Shown here in pieces: positions 26,170-37,534 of a DNA stretch of 64,000 bases. The position numbers and the translations under genes are program-made. The notes under the pieces are model-generated. The model ran no database searches. It was not told where the DNA came from and saw only the letters and a list, made by a program, of their open reading frames with translations. Positions within the stretch are counted from its first letter, which is position 1. Every line of letters starts with the position of its first letter. This DNA comes from Mycoplasmatales bacterium (GTDB lineage: Bacteria; Bacillota_I; Bacilli_A; Mycoplasmatales; G963692675): NCBI GenBank assembly GCA_963692675.1, contig OY830043.1, positions 20,563 through 84,562 of the forward strand, given 5' to 3'.

Positions 26170-28311
26170 TTAATTAGTTAATACCTCCTCAATTGTATAA
26201 TTAGTAAGAGATCTTTTTAATTTATAAATTCGGTTAGGTTGCATTTTTCCCTCAATGATTCAATAAGCAAGTGCGGATTCAATATTCTTTTGAATATATC
26301 TTTTTAATGGCCTTGCTCCATATAGAGGATTGCTCCCATTTTTATAAATATCTTTTTTAATACTCTTATCAAATTGTAAGGTAATATTTTGCTGTTGTAG
26401 TTTTTCTGCTAACTCAGCTAAAAATTTATCAATTATCAACATCATTCGTTTTTCATCTAGGGAATTAAAAACAACTATTTCATCAATCCGATTAAGAAAT
26501 TCTGGCCGAAAAAATTGCTTCACCGCTTTCATTACTTTTTGCTTAAAATTTTTATCATTAGCTAGAATCAATTCAGACCCAATATTTGATGTCATGATAA
26601 TAATAGTGTTTTTAAAATCAATATCCTTGCCTTTTGAATCAGTGATGGTACCCTCATCTAATATTTGTAAAAGAATATTAAAAACATCTGGATGAGCTTT
26701 TTCTAATTCATCAAAAAGAATAATTGAATGAGGTTTGTTACGAACAATTTCTGTTAAATGTCCACTATCATCATATCCAACATAACCTGGAGGAGAGCCA
26801 ATTATTTTAGCTACTGAATGTCGTTCCATAAACTCTGACATATCTAAACGAATAAAACTTTTTTCAGTACCAAATAATGCTTGGGCAAGGGTTTTTGCTA
26901 CTTCAGTTTTTCCGACTCCTGTTGGGCCAAGAAAAAGAAATGAACCAATAGGACGATTTGGATCCTTTATGTTTGCTCGTGATCTTATGATGGCATCAGT
27001 AACTAAATCTAATGCTTCTCCTTGTCCTTTTACTCGTTTTTCCAAAGTATCTCTTAGTGAAAGCACTTTTTCTTTTTCAGTTTTTGTTAAACGCTCAATA
27101 GGTATACCTGAAGATAATGAAACTATTTTGGCAATTTCCATTTCGGTTACATTTACTTTTACATATTGTTCTTTATTTCTTTTTGAATTTTGTTTTAGTT
27201 TCTCCTCCATTCTTTTCAATGCTTTTTCTTTATTCTTAATGCTTACATACTTAATTTGAGCTGCTTTCTCATATTCTCCTCTTCCTTGATATAAATCAGC
27301 TCTAGTTGTTTCTGCTTGAATGTCTTTTCTTAACCTTCTGATAGAGTCAATGATTTCTCTTTGTCCTAATCATTCTTTTTCTAATACTTTAATTTTCTTT
27401 CTTAATTCCTCACTCTCAATATTAATACCAATAATTCGTTTTTTGGCAATATCTGTTTTCTCCTTAGCCAGAGTCATTTTTTCAATATGTAAATTGGCTA
27501 GTTTTTTCTCTAGTTTTTCTAAATCTTCAGGTGTGGTATATGTGGACATTTTCACATAAGCACATGCTTCATCTAAAATATCAATTGCTTTATCGGGAAG
27601 AAATCGATCAGTAATATAACGTTCACTTAATACTGCTGAGGAAATAAGAGCAGCATCTGTAATATCAACACCATGAAAAGCTTCATAACGCTCTTTGATT
27701 CCTCGCAAAATAACTATTGTTTCTTCCACTGATGGTTCCCGAACCATTACTTTTTGAAATCTTCTTTCCAAGGCAGCATCTTTTTCAATATAAGTTTTAT
27801 ATTCCTTAATGGTTGTTGCTCCAATGGCCCGAATATCTCCTCTTGCTAATGCTGGCTTTAAGATATTTGCTGCATCAATTGAACCCTGTGCTTTTCCTGC
27901 GCCAGTAATAATATGTAATTCATCGATAAAAACAATATACTTATCCTTTGCTTTTTTAATTGCTTCAATTATTTTTTTCAAGCGTTCTTCAAACTGCCCT
28001 TGAAATTTTGCTCCAGCAACTACTGATGACATATCTAATTCAAGAATAATTTTATTAGCAAGGTTATCAGGAACTTCTCTTCTAATTATGCTTTGAACTA
28101 GTCCTTCCACAATTGCTGTTTTCCCAACACCAGGCTCACCTACCAGAACCGGATTATTCTTTGTTTTTCTTGATAAAATTTGAATCAATCTTCTTATTTC
28201 ATTTTCTCTAGAAATAATTGGATCAATTTTATTTTTGATTGCATCCTGATTAAGATTTCTTGTATACTTAGCAATGAAATTTGCTACATTCCCCTTATCT
28301 TTTAATTCCAT
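26170..28311 (-). CDS. clpB: AAA+ disaggregase ClpB (short form lacking the N-domain)
   Basis: Two AAA modules with Walker A motifs (GEPGVGKTA and GPTGVGKTE), separated by a coiled-coil middle domain. ORFs 27370.. and 26260.. are in the same frame. Stop TAA at 26170-26172 abuts the hrcA ATG. Confidence 0.93.
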
Positions 28312-28323
28312 TTTTACCTCTAA

Positions 28324-28350
28324 TTATCACTCTCCATCTTTAACTGCTAA
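28324..28350 (-). promoter_or_regulatory. CIRCE operator (HrcA binding site), promoter-proximal copy
   Basis: The minus strand reads TTAGCAGTT-N9-GAGTGATAA, against the consensus TTAGCACTC-N9-GAGTGCTAA. It lies between a TATAAT box (28355-28360) and the clpB RBS. Confidence 0.75.
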
Positions 28351-28415
28351 TTTTATTATAACAGAAAATTTGCAGTTACTAAACTTAATTGCTAAATTTA
28401 TTATAACAGAAAATT
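28346..28415. repeat. 25-bp direct repeat (two copies, 24/25 identical) duplicating the clpB promoter core
   Basis: Copy 28346-28370 is gctaattttattataacagaaaatt. Copy 28391-28415 is gctaaatttattataacagaaaatt. Each contains the reverse complement of TATAAT and abuts a CIRCE arm. Confidence 0.7.
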
Positions 28416-28440
28416 AGCAAATTCTTATCATAAGTGCTAA
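28414..28440 (-). promoter_or_regulatory. second CIRCE-like inverted repeat, distal copy
   Basis: TTAGCAAAT-N9-AAGTGCTAA, with outer half-sites conserved and 9-nt spacing. It lies just upstream of a second TATAAT box at 28400-28405. Confidence 0.6.
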
Positions 28441-28902
28441 TATTATCTTTTAATTACAAATAGGGCATTTTATCTCAATGAAAATAATGATAAAATTGGT
28501 ATAAATACTAAAGTCAATTTATGAACAAAATCTTTTTTTTATTACATTATGGTTATTAATTTCTTAAAAATAAATTTTTTAAAATTTATAATTATCTTAA
28601 TTTATAACCTTGCTAAATTAATGCTTTAATTGTAGGAAAAAGTATTTTAAAATACCAAGTTTGATATTTTCAACTAGATTGTGTTGTTATCCTGTTTTTA
28701 TAATGTGAGAAGTTAAGTACTTTTTAATCACATATTGTAATTGATAAAACTAAAACAAATAATTATTGTTTAGTAATTAATTATATTCTCATAAATTAAA
28801 ATTTCAATAATCTAATTTGTTCTTGGCTTTAAGTAATACTAAATAAAACTTTACCACTTCAAAGCAAAGTAGTTTATGTTGTATTTTAAGCAATGAATTT
28901 TC

Positions 28903-30072
28903 TTATTCACAGTCCTCTGCTCCGACATCAATAAAATTATCATTTAGAAATTCCCCCACATATTTTTGAAATTCATTTTTCTTTTCAATAAAGAAACTCA
29001 CGTGATGAATTCCTTCAGCAAGGGGGGTTATTCAAGTTTTGGTATGATTATTTAAATTGTTATTATTTCTAGCTTTGTTTATATCACAACTAAATTTTCA
29101 ATTAACGATTTTATCAGCTTGTGAATGTAACAGCATTAAATCTACATTAAGTGTTGATACTGCTTCATAAGCATTAAAACTCATTTTAGTGTTTGTATCA
29201 AGGCCATATAACCAAAGGGCTGGGCTCATAACAATAGAGCCTAGATTAACTCCCAAAAACTGGTTCACATAGAAAATCAACTGATCCTTTAGATTATAAT
29301 ATCCAGAATCAATAATAAAGCTTTTCTTAACATTACTTTCAGTCATCTCATTCCCATTTTCTAATAATAAATTATAAATTGTTCCTCCCCCTAAGCTAAG
29401 TCCGTAGGTAATGATCTCAGAAGGTTTAAATATCTTTTCCACATGGCGAATGATTTGAAGTAAGTCAGTGGCTTCCTTTTTGCCATATGTTGAATCTCCT
29501 CTTTTTTTTCCTTCATATCAACCACGTGCATCATATGAAACAAATAATGTGTTACTGTTTAATGCTGGTACTTTACTCAATGCATAAATATAGGGATAGG
29601 TAGTATAATATGCTCCTTTTGACCCATGAACAACAACTACTACTTTATTAATAGGAGTTGATGAATCTTGACGATAAGCATGGTATTGTAATTTTTGATT
29701 ATCGGCATCTTTAACAATAAATTCATTTCCCTCATATGAAGTTATTTCATTGAATTGTGTTTCAAAATCATCTGGAATTTCTCCATAGTATTTCATCCAC
29801 AATAAATCATTTTTTTTATCATAATCTATAGAATTAAAAAGATGGATTTCAATCGAACCTGCTAATCCAAAGATTATTCAAAGAGTAAGAAAAAATGAAA
29901 CACTTAATCCAATAATCATAATCAATGCTTTAATAATTACTTTATGGTGAATTTGTTTAACAAAACAAAAAAGCTTTTTCATAGTTTTAATAATTATGAA
30001 TTTATAAGCTAACACTGTGATAAATCATAATGCAAAAATTAGGCTAATAGAAATTACAATAGTATATAACAT
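28903..30072 (-). CDS. membrane-anchored alpha/beta-fold serine hydrolase (esterase/lipase-like), copy 1
   Basis: ORFs 29518.. and 29098.. are in the same frame, joined by TGA. Two N-terminal TM helices. GxSxG nucleophile elbow (YGLSLGGG). The C-terminal LLHSQADK and GIHHV are consistent with the Asp/His of a catalytic triad. Paralog of 47544..48719. Confidence 0.8.
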
Positions 30073-30300
30073 ACAACTACCTTAATTATAAATGATGAGA
30101 ATATGTTTTTATACAAATTAATCTTAATTTTCATTTTTTTATATAAATATTTAAAAGGTAAAAATAGAATGAGTTATAGAAGCTTTTTTAAATCTCTAAG
30201 CACTATTTTAATATTAAATTTGCTTAAATTATGATAATATTTACCAATAACTACCAACATACTTGATGAAATAAATATTTTTTATAATGGTAATTAGAAT

Positions 30301-31575
30301 TTAAACTTTTAATGTTACATAAACAGAATGGTGATCTGAAGGATCTTCTAGATCAGCAAATCTATCTGTACTATTTGGTCAGAATACCTTTGCAGAAACT
30401 ATTTCCATATTAATGGAAGGTAAAACATAATCTACTCTTAAATTACCATTAAAAGAAGCAGTATCATACATGCTTTTACCATTTTGATCAGTATTACCCT
30501 CATTAGACGCATCTATTTTACCCGTTCTGGTTGGAGTGACAGTTGTGTTGATATAGGGGCTATTCATAAATAGCATTGCCGGATTATCAGTACTATCTCC
30601 ATCAAATGGATCTGCATTTTGATCACCCATGATAACAAACATTGCATCCTCAGCAAGGTTTTTTTTAATTCTTTGATTAGCAACTAAATCAGCCTGAGTA
30701 TCATCATATGCATAACTTGTTTTTGTTGGATCTATATAATCTGTCCAAAACCTGATTTCATCATGATTTCGGCGCCCATTTTGATCAACTTGTCCATCAA
30801 AAACAGGAGGAGTTGGATGACTAACTAGTGCATGGATTTTTTTCCCATTAAATTTAATGGGAACATCTCAATGGCTTTTTGATGATAATCGAAAAACTTC
30901 TCTAGCTTCATCAGTATAATAAGTTTTGCTTCCATCTATTTCATTAACAGGCATTTTATTATTGGGCATGTCCTTTCATAGAAATTTTTGGAATGTCCTT
31001 ACCTCACCTTCAACAATTGGGTATCTAGATAATAAGGCCATCGCATACTGGCCAGGAAATCTACCAAATCCATATGCATCATTAAATTCATCATTAACAC
31101 CATTAGCATCCATATCTACTTTTGGATCAGGATAAACACCAACATTAGACTCAGTATTAAAAAAATACTGATAATCTATTGGTTCACTACCATTATATGT
31201 TTGAGTCCTTAGAATATCTTGAAACTTTTGAATTGCTTCATTATTTTCATCATAATTAAATTCATTTAGAAAAAGAACATCAGGACGAATGATTTGAATT
31301 ACTTCAACAATCTTCTTAATATTAGCAGAAATATTATTTTTATCAGATAATAGTTCAATTAATCTATTACTATTACCTGTTCCAAATTCATGATCTGCCA
31401 TTGAAACATTATAAGTTGCAAACCTTATTGTTTTTCTTGTATCAAGAGCTTCTTCTTCAATAACACTTCCAGTAGCTTTATCAGTTACAACTGCTAGAGC
31501 TCCAATACTAATTCCAACATTAATAATAGTTCCCGCAACTAATATCACAAATATATGCTTTTTCCTTATTTTCAT
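30301..31575 (-). CDS. membrane-anchored endonuclease/exonuclease/phosphatase (EEP) family protein, copy 1
   Basis: ORFs 30976.. and 30379.. are in the same frame. N-terminal TM. EEP motifs are RFATYNV, LFLNEF, GDQNADP and a C-terminal SDHH. Strong GGAGGA RBS. Confidence 0.85.
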
Positions 31576-31592
31576 ACCTTTCCTCCTCTCAT

Positions 31593-32645
31593 TTATTTTT
31601 TCTCTTTACAAATTTCCTTATCAGGCAGTGTATCAAGAGTACAGTACTTTTCATTTTGTGCTCTGTTCGCACTTTTTCATCATCCAATATCATGATATAC
31701 TGACTCCATTAATTTTTGAGATCATTCCTCTTTTGTAGATCAGTTTTCTGGATAATATTTGCGTTTATTTTCAAAAGGAGTGCCCCTATATACTCATTCA
31801 TCTTTGTCAAAAAATCCTTTCTTATTTGTATATGCATATAAAAAACTATCTGTAAATGCAATTTGTAACTCTCTTTCCTCAGGGGCAATATCATTTAAAC
31901 CAATATCAAAGTGATTATTACGATCAGGTCGGCTAGGGATAGCATAGCCTCTTCTAATAACAATATCAGCTAATGAATAGAGCTCAATTTCATTTGTTTC
32001 AACAAGATCAATATAAATAAAACCCAAAGTACGACCATGTCTATCTGTTTTTTCTAATGCAGTTGTTGAATAAACATTATATTTATTATTATTAAGAACT
32101 ATATCACGAACAAATTTTGTTGCTTTTTGCCCAAAGTATATTTGTCATCTTGTCTTGTCATTACCACCATATTTATAATTATCACCCTTAAGCTTTTCAT
32201 CATGGATTTCTGGAGTATCAAAAGCAACTAATCGGTATTTAGTATTAGAATTAGTTGATGCAGATATTGATGCTCTAAATGTGTCCCCATCATGAACTGG
32301 ATTATCTGTTGAAGTATTAAAAAAATATAAACGAATAGCTTTATCTTTAATATCCTTTATTAAGGAAAAATTTACTGCTTGGGTAACAAAGTCATTAACT
32401 GTTATTGGATTACTTGATACTTCTCTTTTTAAATAAGTATAGGCACTTGTTTTTTTATCTGGTTGTCCATTTGAAGGTATAAATTCTTTTTGATTATCAG
32501 TTACATGTTTAGTTTTTTCAGTGCTTTTGTTTGTTGAATCTAATACAGGCACTAAAACCCCTGTTAAGATTGAGCCTGTAATAATAGTGGTAATTATGAA
32601 AACAACCCCTAATAAAATAAACTCATTTTTAAATATACCTTTCAT
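31593..32645 (-). CDS. membrane-anchored thermonuclease (staphylococcal nuclease, SNase family) with Trp-rich C-terminal extension
   Basis: SNase motifs are DGDTF, FDTPE and DRHGRTLGFIY. ORFs 32145.. and 31794.. are in the same frame, joined by TGA. N-terminal TM with no lipobox Cys. Confidence 0.85.
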
Positions 32646-32671
32646 ATGTGTTAACTTAATTTACTTTGTTA

Positions 32672-35600
32672 TTATTGCTTTTTAGCAAGAATAATTAGCC
32701 TTTCAGGCACATATTCATCTACTTTATTATCTACAACCTGATATGGATTATTAACAGAACCATAGTTATTTCTTATGTATTCTTTAACTAAATCAACATC
32801 TTTTTTTGGTAATTCTTTTTTTTCAACTCCACCTGGATCATTAGCAACAAAATCTTTGATTTTTCATGAATCTTGTTCTGCTTGATAATTGGTCATAGCT
32901 ACACCAAATCTTTTATTCTTTTCTGCATCCACAACACTACCATTTTCAACAATAACTAAAGCTTGCTTACCATCTGTTGTTGAATCACTATCAAGAACTG
33001 TTATTTTTCTTATCCGTTGACTTATATCATCTAAAGAAAAATCATATTCAATTCTTATTCCTGCAACCTGGATGGCTGGATTATTCCGAAATTTATCACT
33101 AAGGTTACTAAGTAAAAATTCTAATAATTGTTGAGGTGTTAGCTGAACAGTAACTACTGTATTACTATAAGTTAGAACATTTTCTAAATCTGTAACTGTA
33201 ATTTCCCCTGCAACTGAGTCTGGTTCATTAGGATCAGGGCCTGGTTTCTCACAAGGAGCATTTGCAGCAGGACATGTTCCAATATTAGCCGAAATGCCTC
33301 CACTATTTAAGACTGCAATAGTAATTCTTGCATCATCTGCATTTGCATAAGCAACAAAGGCATCTGCTAGAAGATTTCCTAAATTTGTTTCTCTTGTGTA
33401 ACGATCATCATAATTTAAAAAGACATCAGTATACCCAACAACCTCTCGTGTTTTGACAGGGTTTTCTACAGTTTTATCTACTAGTCTTGTATCTGTGTGA
33501 GTAGAATCAAAGCGATCATCTGTTTCAGTATATGCTTGAGCTAATGTACCATGTTTTTCTTGGAGGTATTCTGCTAAAGCTGCTTGTTCAGCACCAGTCC
33601 GAAAAACAGAATTAGCAGTAAGTAAGTTACTAACTGCCGGATTTAAGATCAATGCATTTGCATCATCGGGAGCATTAGGATCCTGAATTAGAAAAGATAG
33701 TTTTGGAAAGCGAGAATTTCGAACTGGATAACTAATTGTTGCCATTTTGAATTGCTTATCTTTTTCACTATCAACAACATTACCATCACTAATAATTAAT
33801 AAAGGTTGATCTCCCTCTGTGTTAACATTAGCATCTTTAATTGTAACTTTTTGAACTCGACTACCAGCAGAATTAGCTAAATCATATTCAACTATCATCC
33901 CAGCTACTTGAGGAAATGATCCAGTTTGTTGTCTATTTCCATTCTGATCCTTTGCTCTTCTTAATCCATTTTCTAAAAGGTCTTTAATGTCAGTAGGTTT
34001 CACTGTTGCAATAACAAGATGATTATCAAACTTAAGAGATGATTCAATATCTAGTTGAGAAATTGTGTTTTCTGATATTCCATTTACTTGATCAGCTAAT
34101 GGAGGGCCACAAACAGCACTATCTGCACTAGTTGATCCTGGTGGATAAATGCAGTTCCCAATTGAACCTCTTATTCCGCCCCCATTCTTAAATGATAACA
34201 CTACTTCTGGATCCACTTTTCTCGCATACCACATATTTGCATCTGCAGTAAGATCACCAAAATTGGTTTCTTGTATTCTTACATATTCACGATCTCCATT
34301 TAAAAATACTGTAGTATAACCAATGATATTTCTTCGCTTTTCTAACAATGGTTGTTTTAAAGCATCAGCTAAATTTACTATTTCTGGATCAATATCATTC
34401 ATGGTAACACCAGCTACATTCTCAGTAGGATTATTAATATCAAAATCTGTTCGATAAGCTCCAGAAGTATTTTTATCTATTGAATTTGTATCTATAATTC
34501 CATTTTCATTAAAGGTAACTACTAATCTTCCTAAATAAGTAAAATCACCTTCAGTATTTACTAATATAATTGGATTACCATCAGTTCCATGATAAATTTC
34601 AGGATAATCCCCTCCTTTTGTATCACCTGTTCTTAAAGAATCAGTATCATCAGCAAAAATAGTATTTGAACCACCACCAACAATGATATCAACTCCATTA
34701 AGTAAAGGAGCTAAACTACGCTCAATAGAGATGCTCTGCATATGTGCCAAAAGAATAATCTTATTAATGCCTTCTCTTTTTAACGCTTGAACATCTTTTT
34801 GAATATCAGCTGCTAAATCATTTAAACTGGAGGTTGTTACAATTACATCATCTAGGTTTGTAATAACATCTAGAGCATTTGAAACTGCTCCAATAACTCC
34901 ATAACGATAGTTATTCTCTTCAATAACAGTATAACTGGTGACTTTGTTATCTAAAGTATCTGAATCTTGTCCATCAGGAGCAATTAGTTTATTTAACTCT
35001 GCATTTCCACTAAAATCAAGATTGGTTGTCACATATGGAAATTTTGCTCCTTCTCATCCTTGTTCATCACTACTAATTATTTCGGCAACTTTATTTGGTC
35101 CCTTATCAAATTCATGATTACCAAATGCACTTGCTTGCACACCAAGTTCATTAAGGAACTTTATGTGTCCTCTTCCATCATTAGGAGATTTTAAAATGTC
35201 TGTAATTGTAGAAGTTGCCTCACTGGCAATTGTATATTCAGGTCCAGTTATTCAATTATCACCACTGGATAATAACAATGTATTCAAATATTCACCTCTA
35301 AATTTATTAACTAAACCTGAAAAATTTCTAATATTAGTTAGAATATCTCTTCCTCCATCTATGTCTGAAAAATGAAGTAATTGAAACTCCACAGGTAAGT
35401 CAGAACCAATTAAATCACTAATCTGACTTTTAGTAGTTGTAATTTCATTATCAATCGCTTGATAATCAATTGCATCTTTTTCACCTTGTGAATCAAAAAG
35501 ATTATTTAGAATACCCTTGATTCTATCAATTTTTTCTCGTAAATCAATAGCAACAGCACCATCATTTATTTCAGAAATTGAAATTGTATAAGCACCATCA

Positions 35601-35827
35601 GTTGTTTTTTCTAATGAGATTAATTGTGCTTCTTGATATGTAAATCCATTTTGTTTCAGTTGCTTATGAAATCTATTGTTGAGCAATTCTTCACTAATAA
35701 ATTCCTGAGTAACCACCTCATCCTCTGCTTCATTTAATCTTACAGCTATTAATGCACTACTAAGCCCTGCATTTATCACAAACATGGAAATTAATAATGC
35801 AGCAAAATGAATATTTTTTACTTTCAT
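32672..35827 (-). CDS. large membrane-anchored 5'-nucleotidase / cyclic-nucleotide phosphodiesterase family protein with two tandem C-terminal substrate-binding domains (1051 aa)
   Basis: The metallophosphatase core has HFSDIDGG, GDN and GNHEFD. It is followed by two copies of the 5'-nucleotidase C-domain signature (ETNFGDLTADA...GGIRGSI and ETNLGNLLADA...GGISANI). ORFs 35252.. and 32864.. are in the same frame. Confidence 0.9.
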
Positions 35828-35999
35828 ACCACTACCTCACTATAATAATATTATACAATGAAAATATTTACATAAATATATAAAAGTTAGTATTTAAAAA
35901 GGGAACTTTCATCAAATGTTCATTAAAAACATTAATTTAAAAACAGAGATAATATTGTGATTAATACTTAATAATTAAAGGAATGAATTTTGTTGTTAC

Positions 36000-37325
36000 C
36001 TAGACTTTTACTGTCACATAAACTGCACTATGATCAGAAGCATTTAAAAGATATTTAAGAGGATCATTTTCATTTGGTCAATAAACTACAGCATCAAGAA
36101 TCTCCAACTGTTTTGAAGGCAAAACATAATCCACTCGTAATTTACCCCTAGCTGCTTCTCCTGTACCAGTAGAAAACCTACTTGTTTTGTTTCAATCATG
36201 ATCAATATTGGACCCCTGAGTTGGGTCAATTCCAGAATGAATTGGAGTTATACTACTATTAACATATTCACTGTTCACTAATAATTCAGCAGCTCCATCA
36301 ATACTATCACCACTAAATGGATCTGCATTATAATCACCCACTATAACAAAAAGTGCATCTTTCTCTAAATTAGCCTTCTTTTGCAAGTTTGGTTCAACAT
36401 CAGCTTGTGTGTCATCATAAATATAGCTTGGGTTTTTTCAATTAATATAATCAGCAAATAATCTGATTTCATCATGGTTTCTACGCCCATTTTGATCAAC
36501 TTTATCATCAAAAGTAGGTGGAGTTGGATGGCTAGCTAAAACATGAACTATTTTGTCATTAATTCTAACGGGAACATCTCAATGACTTTTTGAAGATAAC
36601 CGAAAAACATTTCGTGCTTGTTCAGTGTAATATGTTCTCACATTATTGGGATTATGATCATCCACTTCATCAATTGGCATCATACTATTTGGCATATCTT
36701 TTCAGAGAAACTTTTGAAAAGTTCGAACTTTATCCTCAACTATAGGATATTTAGAAAGCAATGCCATCCCATATTGACCATAGAACCTTCCAAATCCATA
36801 TGCATCTTCAGGAATCTGGGTTACTCCATTATTATCTAAATCTACATTAGAATTTAAGCCAGTATTAGATTCAGCAGAATAATAGTAACGATACTTTATT
36901 CCTGAAGTACCATTAAAGGTGTTGTTTTCTAAAACTTTTACCATCTCCTTTAATGCTTTTTCATCATGATCATAATTGAATTCATTTAATAAAAGAACAT
37001 CAGGGCGAATTCTCTGAATAGTTTCAATAACATATTTTGCTTGATCTGGCATTGTATCTGGGTTCTTTAATACATTTTCTAAATTACCTTCACTATTATA
37101 ATAAGTAGCATCACCACTAGAGCTTGACATAGAAACATTAAAGGTTGCAAACCTAACATGTTCCATAGTTTTTTCAGATTGATCAGTTGTTGTTGACTTT
37201 GCATTATCATCTAGTTTCATGAAAATCACACTACTAATAAGCATTACGTTAACAAATAATAGTAACACAATTAAGGCCTGTGTCACAAACTCAAACTTTA
37301 TTTTTCCTAGTTTAGTTTCTGCCAT
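36000..37325 (-). CDS. membrane-anchored endonuclease/exonuclease/phosphatase (EEP) family protein, copy 2
   Basis: Paralog of 30301..31575. Shared blocks are RFATFNVSM, IRPDVLLLNEFNYD, AYGFGRFYGQYGMALLSKYPIV and GDYNADPF. ORFs 36702.. and 36192.. are in the same frame. AAGGAGG RBS. Confidence 0.85.
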
Positions 37326-37534
37326 TTCTTTACCTCCTTAAATATGCAATACTATTTATATTAATCAAAGATCTTGTTATTTTAAACATTAGATTTTCTA
37401 GCAAATAAATAATAGCTAAAATTATCTTTATTTTATTACTCATTAACAAGCATGGTTCTACAGCCCAAAACTATTCTCTCAATTGTCACAAAAATTTTGT
37501 AGTGTTATATGATTGTGTGACAAATTAAATTATC

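Noticed and set aside
29502-29509. A T8 homopolymer inside hydrolase copy 1 (encoding KKR) was considered as a slipped-strand phase-variation switch.
   Set aside because: It is short, and the gene is in frame. Such tracts are common in this AT-rich sequence, and there is nothing to suggest ON/OFF variants.
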